NCBI GenBank assembly: GCA_031400935.1
Contig: JANNQV010000015.1
Span: 62,001-126,000, forward strand
Length of the DNA: 64,000 bases
Reading direction: 5' to 3'
Origin: Armatimonadota bacterium
GTDB taxonomy: Bacteria > Armatimonadota > Fimbriimonadia > Fimbriimonadales > Fimbriimonadaceae
The position numbers and the translations under genes are program-made. Below, piece after piece: positions 46,079-56,557 of this stretch (positions are counted from its first letter, which is position 1; each line of letters opens with the position of its first letter). The notes below the pieces were generated by a model. It was not told the origin of the DNA and did no database searches. It worked only from the letters and a program-made list of their open reading frames with translations.

Positions 46079-46324
46079 AATCGCGCAAAAGTAAATTTGA
46101 AGGCAATAGGAGACGGCTACTTGGATTTGTCCGGCTGGACAAAAGGCGTAATGTGGGTAAACGCTCACAACCTTGGGCGGTATTGGAAGATTGGGGCGCA
46201 ACAGGCACTTTTTGTACCGGGATGCTGGCTGTGGAAAAGCGAAAATGTGATCGAAGTATTAGAACTCGAAAATGCAGGAACGGCAACCATTCCTGGCGGG
46301 ACTCAGCCGATTTGGAAGAAGTGA
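46079..46324 (+). pseudogene. C-terminal remnant of a GH35 beta-galactosidase
   Basis: GDGYLDLSGWTKGVMWVNAHNLGRYWKIGAQQALFVPGCWL matches the GH35 C-terminal beta-domain; in-frame stop at 46076; no catalytic domain. Confidence 0.8.
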
Positions 46325-46425
46325 CGGTCCCTCTATTTAAAAGATTTCGGTCTCTTTGGGTTCGAGTCCAACTTTGATGTGATTCAACCTATACAACTTG
46401 CCAATAGTACCGATAACTAATTTGG

Positions 46426-48621
46426 ATGAATGGGTTTTTGGCATTTTGGAGAACGTGGGTTGGCACGGTCCTTTTAGTCGCATTGGCGTACTACATCTCA
46501 GGTCGGCTAGGGCTTCTGCTCGCTGTTCCACCCGGATACGCGACAGCCGTGTGGCCGCCATCGGGCATCGCCTTAGCTTGTTTACTAGTGTTTGGATATA
46601 GGGCTTGGCCAGGGGTTCTCCTCGGTTCCTTCCTTGTAAACATTGGTACTTCGTTCGATTCAAGCACAACCGAGGCCACATTGCGATCAGTCGCATTAGC
46701 GGTGAGCATCGCTGGCGGTGCAAGTCTTCAAGCAATTGCGTCGGCATGGCTAGTCCGAAGGTTTGTTGGGTTTCCGGCGATGCTGAATCGAGATTCAGAC
46801 ATCGTCAAACTTCTCTTGCTCGGTGGTCCGATCGGATGCGTGGTCAACGCTACCATCGGGGTCGGAGCCCTAATGTTGCTTGGAGTGTTTCCATCCGCTA
46901 CTGGCCTTTTTAGCTGGTGGACATGGTGGGTTGGCAATACCATCGGTGTGCTCGTTTTTACGCCGCTTGCATTGATCTGGACTGGGGAGCCAAGGGCAAT
47001 TTGGAAAGAACGCCGACTGACCGTTGGCTTGCCGCTTGTTGTTACTTTCGGTGCGGCTGTTCTGTGCTTTTTCCTTGTTAGCTCAAGAGAGCGGGGAATT
47101 GCAAAGGCAGATTTTGAAAGGGTTGCCCAAAGGACTGAATCCAGACTTTCAAAAAACCTCGATAACTATGTTGAGGTGCTTCATTCGATTCAGGACTTAT
47201 TTAGGGCATCGAAAGAAGTTGACCGTAAAGAATTTAAAGCATTCGTCGAGAGTATTCTCAAGCGTTACCCTGCGATCAGCGCACTTTCGTTTACCAAGGT
47301 CATTCAGCATTCCGAGCGCGTAGCCTTCGAACAGGCGATGCGGGCGGAGGCTCCTGGATTTCGTATCACCGAGATTTCAGAAGAGGGCAAACTGTCCATA
47401 GCCAAACCAATGGAAGAATACGTGGTGATCTCATATGTTGAGCCCCTCGCGGAAAACAAAAGGGTATTGGGGCTAAATGTTAGACAAGCACCTGGGCGCG
47501 AAGAGCCGTTGCAGCTTGCTGCGAAGTCTGGCAGTCAAGTTGGCACGCGACCGATTCACCTTGCCCAATCAATTCGTGATGAATATGGAATGGTCGTTTT
47601 CGCTCCGATTTACGAGAACAAGCAAGACGCGGTCAAACCAGTCTTGTTGGGCTACGTATCTGCAGTATTCAAACTAGAAAATATGCTAAGCACAGCAATT
47701 GAACTTGACAAGAATGACGACCTCATGGCCGTAGTTTCTGACATTGATTCTAGCGGTAAGCGGCAGATCATTTTCGGAAATTCTGCTGAATCGGCACCGA
47801 TTCTGGGCGAACTTGGATGGAGCAGTACTTTGCAAGTTGCTAGGCGAAATTGGGAGTTGCAGCTCACACCATCGGCTGGCTTCATCGCCACCCATCAGAG
47901 CATGATGACCTACTTCGTGCTCGCTGGCGGATTGCTGTTTACCGGCATTCTTGGCGCCTTTCTCCTAGTCGTATCGGGCCGGGTGACGGCAATCGAGGAT
48001 ATTGTTGTGCAACGGACCGCCGAGTTGACGGAGACTAAAGTGGCGCTTGAACAATATGCTTCGGTTCTGACTATGCAGAAGAATGCCCTTCTCGATAATC
48101 GTAGCAAATTGAAGGAAGAAGCAATGACAGACCTTTTGACTAGCCTTGCGAATCGCAGGGCGTTCAACGAATTTGTAGAAATGCACATGGTACGTGCTTC
48201 CAATTCGATATGTACGTTTCTTATTTTGACCCTAGACATTGACCACTTTAAGAGCTTTAACGACAATTTTGGCCATGCCGTCGGTGACGAAGTTCTAATC
48301 AAGGTTGCCAATACAATGGTCAGTCAATCTCGGCACACAGACCTTTGCGCCCGCATTGGCGGCGAAGAAATGGCGATTGTTCTACCGCAAAGTAGCCTGG
48401 CTGACGGCCTCTTCTTTGCCGAAAAACTCCGAGCGGCAATCGAAGGGATAGAAAACGACTATCGGCCGATTACCGCTAGTTTTGGCGTAGTGGCTTATTC
48501 AAAGGAATTTGAGAATTTGGATGCAATGATGGCGGCGGCGGACCAAGCATTATATGAAGCTAAAGCAGCCGGACGAAACCAAGTTCGGGCATGGCATCCG
48601 AAAACAGTTGAGGCAGCATAG
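46426..48621 (+). CDS. MASE1-CHASE-GGDEF diguanylate cyclase
   Basis: WPPSGIALA (MASE1), periplasmic CHASE-like region, DIDHFKSFND.FGH, GGEEM active site, RHTD I-site. Confidence 0.88.
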   Translation: MNGFLAFWRTWVGTVLLVALAYYISGRLGLLLAVPPGYATAVWPPSGIALACLLVFGYRAWPGVLLGSFLVNIGTSFDSSTTEATLRSVALAVSIAGGASLQAIASAWLVRRFVGFPAMLNRDSDIVKLLLLGGPIGCVVNATIGVGALMLLGVFPSATGLFSWWTWWVGNTIGVLVFTPLALIWTGEPRAIWKERRLTVGLPLVVTFGAAVLCFFLVSSRERGIAKADFERVAQRTESRLSKNLDNYVEVLHSIQDLFRASKEVDRKEFKAFVESILKRYPAISALSFTKVIQHSERVAFEQAMRAEAPGFRITEISEEGKLSIAKPMEEYVVISYVEPLAENKRVLGLNVRQAPGREEPLQLAAKSGSQVGTRPIHLAQSIRDEYGMVVFAPIYENKQDAVKPVLLGYVSAVFKLENMLSTAIELDKNDDLMAVVSDIDSSGKRQIIFGNSAESAPILGELGWSSTLQVARRNWELQLTPSAGFIATHQSMMTYFVLAGGLLFTGILGAFLLVVSGRVTAIEDIVVQRTAELTETKVALEQYASVLTMQKNALLDNRSKLKEEAMTDLLTSLANRRAFNEFVEMHMVRASNSICTFLILTLDIDHFKSFNDNFGHAVGDEVLIKVANTMVSQSRHTDLCARIGGEEMAIVLPQSSLADGLFFAEKLRAAIEGIENDYRPITASFGVVAYSKEFENLDAMMAAADQALYEAKAAGRNQVRAWHPKTVEAA

Positions 48622-48631
48622 GTGCAAGAAT

Positions 48632-48751
48632 GGTGGCGGTTAGCAGTTGGCGGTAGGCAGTTAGCGGTTGGCAGTTGTCGGTTGTCGGATGTCAGTAATT
48701 CTGTTCCCAATACCCTTCACCCAATACCCAAAACCCTTCACCCTTCATCCT
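48632..48751. repeat. Polarised arrays: 7-mer GGCAGTT left; 7-mer ATACCCA/TTCACCC right
   Basis: Direct reading. Confidence 0.85.
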
Positions 48752-49408
48752 TCACCCGACCCTAACCATCGTAACCACACCATAATCAAGCCGAATGGGA
48801 AGCCCCTTATCATCAAGAACGGCTTCACCTTCTGGCGAACGAACTAGATGCCCTGCAACCTGAACGCCGGCGACTTTCACCTTTGTCGGACCCATATAAG
48901 TCAGTTCTGATATCCGCCACTCTAGCTTCGTTGCATCGAAGTGGTAGTACTTCTCTCTTTGCCCCACCTTTGGCTTGTCCCTCAAAAACCAGAACTCGTT
49001 CGTGCACTTGCGCGGCGCAGTATTCACGAGCGGAATATCTTTGACCGTTCGTTTCCCGCGTTCGTCAACCACTGCGTGAGCTCCTTTGGCATCAAAGGTG
49101 ACCGTCACGGAAACTCGAAAAGCTGGCCTTTGGGAAATTGTTTCTTGAAAGACACGGACCGGAGAACCATCTTTGGCGTAAGTACGTTCGGTTCGAACTC
49201 TCACGGTACGTCCTTCTCGCCCAGAAAAGTCCATGGTCAGGGAAATTACTTTTGAACCTTCTGCGGTTAGCTTGTGCGAATACGTAACGACAGATTCAGG
49301 AAGGCCCGAAGAAGTGGCTTTGAGCCTAACCTGAGAAATTGCTTGTGATGCGATAATGAAAGTGAGGAATACCGTTGCAATTAGGGCACATTTTCGATGT
49401 AGTCTCAT
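48752..49408 (-). CDS. Hypothetical secreted protein
   Basis: Signal peptide; ATGA overlap with the upstream oxidoreductase. Confidence 0.7.
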   Translation of the reverse strand: MRLHRKCALIATVFLTFIIASQAISQVRLKATSSGLPESVVTYSHKLTAEGSKVISLTMDFSGREGRTVRVRTERTYAKDGSPVRVFQETISQRPAFRVSVTVTFDAKGAHAVVDERGKRTVKDIPLVNTAPRKCTNEFWFLRDKPKVGQREKYYHFDATKLEWRISELTYMGPTKVKVAGVQVAGHLVRSPEGEAVLDDKGLPIRLDYGVVTMVRVG

Positions 49409-50388
49409 CTTAATTTTACAAGCATCATAGCAGCCTTATAGCCAGATTCAAAGGCGTTCTCTACTCGACCCCCGGTTACGCCATCGCCAGCGACCAAAAG
49501 ATTTGTGCTGCCTGCATTAACAGTCTCAAATATCGCGCTCATTTCGGGTTGGCTCCATCTCCACCTTTTGATATCTGTAACCGCGGGAGAACTCCATTCC
49601 GCACCAAAAAGACGTTGGATATAAACGCCAGTTTCTTCAACAATCTTTTCTTCTTTGGAATCGAAATGCATTTCGCTAAATTGAGAGCTCATTTGTGCGA
49701 CGATCGAAGTGCATCCTTGAGGAGCGCGGCCTGGGCATTTCGCCGATTCTAGACACATCCATGTCAATGGATGGCGTTGTTCGATGTCTAACAAGGCGTG
49801 GTACTTAGTCTCTGGAGTCGGTAACTCATAGCCGAGCATAACGCTGATGCATTTACGATAGTAAATGTTGTTGATAGGACGGAACTCTCCAATTGAAGCC
49901 AAAAGCATTTGGCACATCTTTTCCGGAGGAGTGAGAATGACTGCATCGAAATCCTCGTTAAGAACTCGAAAGCCTCCTTCAATTCGCTTCCGAAGCTCAA
50001 GCACCGTCGAACCGTAACGAACGTCAATTCCTCGTGACAAAAGCTGCGGAAGGGTAACGTTTCCCGTTCGGTACGTGTAACGTACAGTTTGATTTTTTGC
50101 CGGATCGCCTTCCGCAACACGCAAAGATTCATGGATGTATATGGGTTTAGTTATCTGTACAAGTTGCTTATCATCAATCTCATCAAGCATTACTGTCTCA
50201 AGTGTTTTGCCTCTTGGCGCGATGTTTGTTGCTCCCTGGTCGAAAACGTATCCATCAATGGTTCGCGTGCTGCATCGCCCGCCGCAAAAGTCGTTTCTTT
50301 CAAATACAACGCTCGAAATCCCCTTTCTAGCGAGAGTGTAGGCAGCGCCTAACCCAGCTATTCCCCCACCAACAATTCCTACTTTCAT
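49405..50388 (-). CDS. Renalase-like FAD/NAD(P)-dependent oxidoreductase
   Basis: GGGIAG, GGRCSTR, FDQGA, RWRWSQP, AGD...GGRVE.A. Confidence 0.85.
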   Translation of the reverse strand: MKVGIVGGGIAGLGAAYTLARKGISSVVFERNDFCGGRCSTRTIDGYVFDQGATNIAPRGKTLETVMLDEIDDKQLVQITKPIYIHESLRVAEGDPAKNQTVRYTYRTGNVTLPQLLSRGIDVRYGSTVLELRKRIEGGFRVLNEDFDAVILTPPEKMCQMLLASIGEFRPINNIYYRKCISVMLGYELPTPETKYHALLDIEQRHPLTWMCLESAKCPGRAPQGCTSIVAQMSSQFSEMHFDSKEEKIVEETGVYIQRLFGAEWSSPAVTDIKRWRWSQPEMSAIFETVNAGSTNLLVAGDGVTGGRVENAFESGYKAAMMLVKLR

Positions 50389-50402
50389 TATAATTACTCA
50401 GA

Positions 50403-51146
50403 TTAGATGAATAGCCCACCGTCAATTGTTATAGTTTGACCCGTTATGTATGCCGCTTCCTTTGAAGCCAAAAAGAGGACTGCCGGAGCGACGTCATCGG
50501 GCGTTCCAAGCCTTCCTGCTGGTGCAGATTTTTCGACGTATGCCTTGAATTCTTCGGGAAGTTCGCCTGTCATGTCAGTTTGAATGAAACCCGGCGCGAC
50601 AGCGTTGCAGGTAATCCCGCGAGTTCCGAGTTCTTTTGCAACTGACATTGTCAATCCGATCAATCCAGCCTTGGCTGCCGCATAATTGGATTGTCCTGCC
50701 GCACCATGTAGGCCGACAACACTTGATACATTCACAATTCTGCCATACCGCTCTTTCATCATAGGGCGACTTAGTGCTCTAATCAGCAGAAATGCCCCTT
50801 TTAAATTCACATTGAGGACTCGATCCCAATCGTCATCTTTCATCCTCATCATTAGATTATCGGCGGTGATCCCCGCATTGTTTACGAGAACCGTTGGTGT
50901 TCCTAAATCTCCGATAACTTCTGAAACAAACGCTTCAACGGAAGCGGAATCTCCAATATCGCAAGCATAAGAAGCAGCTTTGCCACCACTTCTGATAATT
51001 TCGTTCGAGGTCTTTGCCGCACCTTGCACTGTGGTGGCTACACAGGCCACCTGCGCCCCGGAATTTGCAAAGGCCACAGCTATAGACTTGCCAATTCCAC
51101 GGCTGGCTCCGGTCACTACTACGACTTGGCCTGTAAAGTCCATCAT
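50403..51146 (-). CDS. fabG: 3-oxoacyl-ACP reductase
   Basis: TGASRGIG, NNAGIT, NYAAAKAG, VAPGFI; coupled to fabD. Confidence 0.93.
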   Translation of the reverse strand: MMDFTGQVVVVTGASRGIGKSIAVAFANSGAQVACVATTVQGAAKTSNEIIRSGGKAASYACDIGDSASVEAFVSEVIGDLGTPTVLVNNAGITADNLMMRMKDDDWDRVLNVNLKGAFLLIRALSRPMMKERYGRIVNVSSVVGLHGAAGQSNYAAAKAGLIGLTMSVAKELGTRGITCNAVAPGFIQTDMTGELPEEFKAYVEKSAPAGRLGTPDDVAPAVLFLASKEAAYITGQTITIDGGLFI

Positions 51147-52090
51147 GCTTGAATCGCCTCGCTTTGGAGCGCTAGAATTGTAGATTGAAGGGAGGCGGAA
51201 TCTCCAACTTTCAAGGTTCGTATCGAAGGATCAGTTCTTCGAGCAAGCCCGCAGAGTACTTCTCCTGGCCCGCATTCGATGATCGTATCTACCCCTTCTT
51301 TTGACATATTTTGAATCGTTTCTGTCCACCGAACAGGGTTCAATAGTTGTTTTTCAAAAAGATTGGCCCATTCCATGCCGTGTTCAATAGGGCTCGCTGT
51401 TACGTTTGCGAAAACAATCAATTTCTGTTCATTCCATGCGGCGCCTCGAAGCGCCTCGCCCATTTTCCGTGCTGATTCTAGCATCAATGGCGAATGAAAT
51501 GCGCCGCTCACCTTGAGTGGAAGAACGCGCTTGGCACCAGCTTCAGACGCCATTCCACTAGCTCGTTCGACAGCAGTTTTGTCGCCAGAAATCACTAACT
51601 GCCCTGGACAATTGTCATTCGCGATCACAACAACATCGTTTGGCTGCGAAGCGGATTGACAAACCGATTCAAGCTTTTCTCTTTCAAGTCCCAGCACTGC
51701 TGCCATTCCGCCAGGGCGTTCGGAACCTGCCGAGGCCATTAGATTTCCTCGAATCTGAACCAATTTTGCGCCTTGCTCGATAAATAGCGCTCCCGAAGCC
51801 ACGACCGCAGCGTATTCTCCAACCGAATGCCCCGCAAGAAAGTGCTCGGTTGGAAGGTTTGCTTTTAATGCCTCGTAGGATGCAATTCCGCAAGTGAAAA
51901 GTGCAAGTTGAGCGTTTTGAGTTTGGCGGAGAGTTTCTTCATCGGAATCGAAACAGAGACTTGCGATATCGGTTCCAGTCGCTAGCTGAACGGCATCGAA
52001 AACAGCTTTGGACTCAGAATGCGATTCAAAAAGGTCTTTGCCCATGCCCGGAACTTGCGATCCTTGGCCTGGAAACACGACTGCAATCAT
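51143..52090 (-). CDS. fabD: Malonyl-CoA:ACP transacylase
   Basis: FPGQGSQ, GHSVGE, VSGAFHS. Confidence 0.96.
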   Translation of the reverse strand: MIAVVFPGQGSQVPGMGKDLFESHSESKAVFDAVQLATGTDIASLCFDSDEETLRQTQNAQLALFTCGIASYEALKANLPTEHFLAGHSVGEYAAVVASGALFIEQGAKLVQIRGNLMASAGSERPGGMAAVLGLEREKLESVCQSASQPNDVVVIANDNCPGQLVISGDKTAVERASGMASEAGAKRVLPLKVSGAFHSPLMLESARKMGEALRGAAWNEQKLIVFANVTASPIEHGMEWANLFEKQLLNPVRWTETIQNMSKEGVDTIIECGPGEVLCGLARRTDPSIRTLKVGDSASLQSTILALQSEAIQA

Positions 52091-52109
52091 GAATGAGGGT
52101 TTACCCTAG

Positions 52110-52242
52110 ATGGGGATGAAAGGGGTGAACTCGTGACGGGGGTGAAGCGGGTGAATTGGGTGACTTGAGCGATTCGGTCAGATCATTCCGGTCATCAACC
52201 TCACCCACTTCACCTACTTCACCCAAATCACAACGTCATCCC
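52110..52242. repeat. Polarised inverted 9-mer arrays (GGGTGAANN / NNTTCACCC)
   Basis: Direct reading. Confidence 0.85.
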
Positions 52243-52245
52243 AGA

Positions 52246-53748
52246 TCAGCTCCCATCTCTCTTGCTCGCAGGGCGCGTTCGCATCGAAGCCCATTCTCTC
52301 AGCTCTTCAATCTCTTCTTTCATCATTACGCTTAGAGGTACGATGGCGTCTGATTCGTCAATGAGGTCTTGCTGGGCGAGTTCTTTCTTCTTTGCAAATG
52401 CGCGATACAACGCGCCAACAACAACTTGCTCAATTTCGGCACCGCTGAACCCGATCGCAACTTTGCCTAATGCTTTGACGTCGAAGTTCTTTGGATCGCG
52501 CTTTCTCTTTTTGATGTGAATGGCAAAAATGACTTCTCGTTCTGGCTGGTCCGGAAGATCAACAAAGAAGATCTCATCGAATCGTCCTTTTCGTAACATT
52601 TCAGGCGGCAATTTTGAAACATCATTGGCAGTTGCGATGAGGAAAACTGGCTTCTGTTTTTCTTGCATCCAGGTCAAGAATGTAGCGAAAACTCGGGCTG
52701 TCGTTCCCGAATCGCTGACCCCACTGCCCGACATTCCTGCAAAACCCTTTTCGAGTTCATCTGCCCACAAAATACAGGGAGCAACAGATTCGGCGACCTT
52801 GATCGCACGGCGCATGTTTTCCTCGCTTTGACCAACCAATGAACCGAATATTCGCCCCACATCCATCTTCAGCATTGGCAGTTGCCAATGTGCTGCGACA
52901 GCTTTAGCCAGCAGAGATTTTCCGCAGCCCTGAACACCCAAAAGTAGAATTCCCTTTGGCGCCGGAATGCCAAATTCTTTGGCGCGATCGGTAAAGCTTT
53001 CTGTTCGCTGTTCGAGCCACTCTTTAAGCAGTTCCATCCCCCCAACATCTGACAAATTGTTTTCGGCTTCGTGGTATTCCAAGAGTCCAGATTTTCTAAC
53101 AATCTGTTTCTTTTCCTCCATGATTACTTCGACATCAAATTTCTTTTTCTCGACAAAGCTTCGAGCAAAAACATTTTCGATTTCGTCAATAGTCAGGCCT
53201 TGAGCGGACTTAATCAGCGTCTCCCTTTGGAGCTTTGTGAGCTTCGCATTGATTTTTTCGTCACCTTTGACGGCTTCAACAACTTGGTCGAGGCATTGGC
53301 CGATTTCCGCTTGGTTCGGCATTCCAAAATCAATCACTGTGATGTCCTTTTCTAGCTCGACAGGGAGATTGAGGACGGGCCCCATTAGGACAATTGTTTG
53401 CGCCCGATCCTTTAGCCTTACGCTTAGATCACGTAGCAACCGAATGACTCGATAGTCTTTGAGATAGTTATGAAAATCTTTGAGGAGAAAGACGGTGTAT
53501 TCAGATGATTCATGGATTGTTGCAAGGACTTCGAGTTCAGATGGAAGGGTCGTCGGTTTGCTTGGGCCGCTTGTTCGAACGACTGCCGGCTTCATCCCTT
53601 GGGTTACGGACCAAGTATGCAGCGTCCGATTTAGCCCTTTGCAGATGGTTGAAAGGGCATCTTCAACCCGTCGTTCTTCCCACGAGACCATGTAGAGAAT
53701 TGAGTACTTGGCCCGTATCAGGATTTCGATTTCTGCGGTAGCTTCCAT
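52246..53748 (-). CDS. Ycf46-like AAA ATPase
   Basis: N-terminal LKDFH domain, Walker [28 protein letters not shown]. Confidence 0.85.
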   Translation of the reverse strand: MEATAEIEILIRAKYSILYMVSWEERRVEDALSTICKGLNRTLHTWSVTQGMKPAVVRTSGPSKPTTLPSELEVLATIHESSEYTVFLLKDFHNYLKDYRVIRLLRDLSVRLKDRAQTIVLMGPVLNLPVELEKDITVIDFGMPNQAEIGQCLDQVVEAVKGDEKINAKLTKLQRETLIKSAQGLTIDEIENVFARSFVEKKKFDVEVIMEEKKQIVRKSGLLEYHEAENNLSDVGGMELLKEWLEQRTESFTDRAKEFGIPAPKGILLLGVQGCGKSLLAKAVAAHWQLPMLKMDVGRIFGSLVGQSEENMRRAIKVAESVAPCILWADELEKGFAGMSGSGVSDSGTTARVFATFLTWMQEKQKPVFLIATANDVSKLPPEMLRKGRFDEIFFVDLPDQPEREVIFAIHIKKRKRDPKNFDVKALGKVAIGFSGAEIEQVVVGALYRAFAKKKELAQQDLIDESDAIVPLSVMMKEEIEELREWASMRTRPASKRDGS

Positions 53749-53797
53749 TTGCCAATGATGCTACCTTGGTGGAGTTGAAAGGGTTGCATGAGCCCGG

Positions 53798-55336
53798 TCA
53801 CCTTCCACGAAACAAGCCCCCGAGAACCCCACGAATCAATTGCCGCCCAACTTGCGAACCGGCACTGCGAAGAACGCTTTTTGTCAAAGATTCCAGCATA
53901 GTGTCAGACCTTCGGGCAGGCTGGCGTTCCGATTTTGCCTCTTGGCGGGCGTCAACTTCCGCCTGATGTTCAGCTTGCTTTTGCTGCCTTTCGTATTGAA
54001 CCTGAAATTCCTTGTTTTTCTGTGCCTCTTCTGCCTGCAAAGTAGCTGCTTCGGCACGAACTTTCAAAACTTCAAAAGCAGATTCTCGATCAATCGTTTC
54101 CTCATACTTGCCGCTTACCGGGCTGCCTCCTAAAACGGTTTGCCTTTCTTCAGGAGTCAACGGCCCTAGTCGGCTGGCGGGAGGGCGAATCAGGGTCTTT
54201 TGGACGATTGAAGGAATGCCTTTGTCTTCAAGTAGCGAGACCAATGCTTCGCCCACACCCAAGTTCAAAATCGCTTCTGCGGTATCGAAATCAGGGTTTG
54301 CCCTGAAATTTTCAGCAGTTGCACGAACGTCCTTTTGATCCTTAGGTGTGAAGGCGCGAAGGGCGTGCTGTACCCGGTTTCCAAGTTGAGATAAAACTGA
54401 TTCTGGGATGTCCATCGGGTTTTGGCTGATGAAGAAAATCCCAATTCCTTTCGATCGAATGAGGCGAACCACTTGCTCAATCTTTTGAACAAGAGCAGTT
54501 GGGGCGTCCGCAAACAGTAGATGCGCTTCGTCAAAGAAGAAAACGAGCTTCGGTTTGTCCAGATCGCCGACTTCAGGCAAGTCTTCAAAAAGTTCAGAAA
54601 GCAGCCAAAGCAGAAACGTGGAATAAAGTCGCGGACTTTGCATCAGCTTGTCCGCCGCAAGGATGTTTACAATTCCTTTGCCGTCGAATGAAGTTCGCAT
54701 TAGGTCCTTTAAATCTAGCGCAGGTTCGCCAAAGAACTCCTCGGCGCCCTGTTGTTCGAGAACCAAGAGTGCTCTCTGAATTGCACCGACTGTCGCTGGA
54801 GCAACGTTGCCGTATAGAGTCGTAATTTCATCTGCATGTTCCGCAACGTGCTGGAGCATCGCACGAAGGTCCTTCAGATCAAGGAGCAACATCCCATTGT
54901 CATCCGCAATTTTGAATGCCAGGTTCAGAACGCCTTCTTGAATGTCGTTAAGGTCCAAAAGCCGCGAAAGAAGCAAAGGCCCCATTTCTGAAATTGTCGT
55001 CCGAATCCGGTGTCCTTGCTCTCCAAACAAGTCCCAAAAAACGGTCGGAAATCCTGAATAAGTGTAAGGATCAAGCCCGATCAGTTTTGCTCGTTCCTCG
55101 AGTTTCGGCTTTCCGCCACCAGGTTGCGACATACCTGCCAAATCACCCTTTACGTCCGCCATAAACACGGGCACTCCTCGTGAAACAAAGCCCTCAGCGA
55201 GCACTTGAAGTGTTACAGTCTTACCTGTGCCAGTAGCTCCCGCGATCAGGCCATGCCTGTTTCCGTATTTCGTCAAAAGCTCAACTGGAACGGAGCCAAG
55301 TCCAAGAAAAATCCTTTCGGGAGCAAGCAAATCCAT
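53798..55336 (-). CDS. DUF853/YjgR-like HerA-family ATPase
   Basis: [43 protein letters not shown]. Confidence 0.9.
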   Translation of the reverse strand: MDLLAPERIFLGLGSVPVELLTKYGNRHGLIAGATGTGKTVTLQVLAEGFVSRGVPVFMADVKGDLAGMSQPGGGKPKLEERAKLIGLDPYTYSGFPTVFWDLFGEQGHRIRTTISEMGPLLLSRLLDLNDIQEGVLNLAFKIADDNGMLLLDLKDLRAMLQHVAEHADEITTLYGNVAPATVGAIQRALLVLEQQGAEEFFGEPALDLKDLMRTSFDGKGIVNILAADKLMQSPRLYSTFLLWLLSELFEDLPEVGDLDKPKLVFFFDEAHLLFADAPTALVQKIEQVVRLIRSKGIGIFFISQNPMDIPESVLSQLGNRVQHALRAFTPKDQKDVRATAENFRANPDFDTAEAILNLGVGEALVSLLEDKGIPSIVQKTLIRPPASRLGPLTPEERQTVLGGSPVSGKYEETIDRESAFEVLKVRAEAATLQAEEAQKNKEFQVQYERQQKQAEHQAEVDARQEAKSERQPARRSDTMLESLTKSVLRSAGSQVGRQLIRGVLGGLFRGR

Positions 55337-55474
55337 GAGTAGTGTAGGGTACCAGACTGAATTTAGAGAAGCACATCTCGGCCGTTGGCAGTTGCGATGC
55401 GTTTGGGTGATGCCAACATCTGAACTACTTCCGAAATTCCAAAGTTCTGCTACCGAAATAGTGCAAAAGCGAGT

Positions 55475-56476
55475 CTAAGCACGAGTACGTCCAAAGTCTT
55501 TCCCAAACGACCCTTCTTCATCCGTCCTGCCGTATCCGATCCAAAACATCGCCCAAGCAATGATTGAAACCAAAATCACGATTCCCCTTAGCCAGTCAGG
55601 AACCTTAGGATTGAAACTAAAAAATCCTTCGATAGGGGCGGCAACGAACATCAGAACAGTAGCAGTGCAAAGCAAAACAATCGCATCCTTGCCATTTTCC
55701 TTAAGAGCTTGACCGCGAGTTCTTCTGCCCGGCGCGATAAGTGCCAAAGCCATTACAAACCCTGCGGCGCCAGCTACGATAATCCCGGAAAGCTCCGGCA
55801 CTCCGTGTGGAAAAACGTGAATCAAAAGATATCCAACCCTTCCAACAGGTTCCAGTTCGAAAGCTAAAGCACCCAGCAATGCGCCGTTGTCGTACAAGAG
55901 CTTTGCAGTCATCACTCCGAAAGTGCTTGCTGCAAGTGCTCCTGTGATAATGGAAGCCCTAGGATTATTTGACAAATAAAACCCAGTCATTTCTCCCGAT
56001 TTCGCAAAGTTCCTCTCTTCCATTTCGCCGTCTCTCCAATGTTCCACTGTCTCCTGCATTTGAGGGTTGACAAAATGATCCTTTGATTCAGGAACAAATC
56101 GCAAAATCGTATTTGCAAAAAATGCCGAACCAAAGAACAAAACCGCACTCACTGCAACGGCGCCGAATCGCCTGCGAACGGTCTGGGCTGAAAGTGCAAT
56201 CGCATCCAAAAAAGCCTGTCCTAGAGGGCGGCTTCGGCTTCGGTAAAGCGTGCCATAGGCTGTAGCGAGCAAGTCGTTCAGGAATTGAGCAAGTTGAATG
56301 TTTGAAGATTTGGTTCGAACTGCAGACAGGTCGTTGGATACTCGTTTGTAAAGTCGAAAGAATTCCCGAAGTTCAATTGAAGTCAATTGAGTCGGAGACG
56401 CATCGGCCTTGGCACAAAGAATGGTCAATCTTTGCCAATCGGGCTCTCGCTTTGCGACAAACTGCTGCTCGTTCAT
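55475..56476 (-). CDS. Stage II sporulation protein M (SpoIIM/DUF95) family membrane protein
   Basis: NN...S, NGALLG, PHGVPELS, AAPIEGF motifs. Confidence 0.85.
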   Translation of the reverse strand: MNEQQFVAKREPDWQRLTILCAKADASPTQLTSIELREFFRLYKRVSNDLSAVRTKSSNIQLAQFLNDLLATAYGTLYRSRSRPLGQAFLDAIALSAQTVRRRFGAVAVSAVLFFGSAFFANTILRFVPESKDHFVNPQMQETVEHWRDGEMEERNFAKSGEMTGFYLSNNPRASIITGALAASTFGVMTAKLLYDNGALLGALAFELEPVGRVGYLLIHVFPHGVPELSGIIVAGAAGFVMALALIAPGRRTRGQALKENGKDAIVLLCTATVLMFVAAPIEGFFSFNPKVPDWLRGIVILVSIIAWAMFWIGYGRTDEEGSFGKDFGRTRA

Positions 56477-56557
56477 GTCGAAATTTCGTAGAAGGAAATA
56501 CAGTCTATCACGTTGAATCCGTTAAATGAGAGATTTTGAACGCATGGGACAAGCGGG

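Noticed and set aside
45656..48621. Genomic island integrated at tRNA-Lys
   Set aside because: The candidate accessory DNA is on the tRNA 5' side; no integrase and no duplicated tRNA 3' end
53798..55336. HerA ATPase as part of an anti-phage system
   Set aside because: Motifs are those of the widespread DUF853/YjgR family, and no SIR2, NurA or nuclease partner is adjacent
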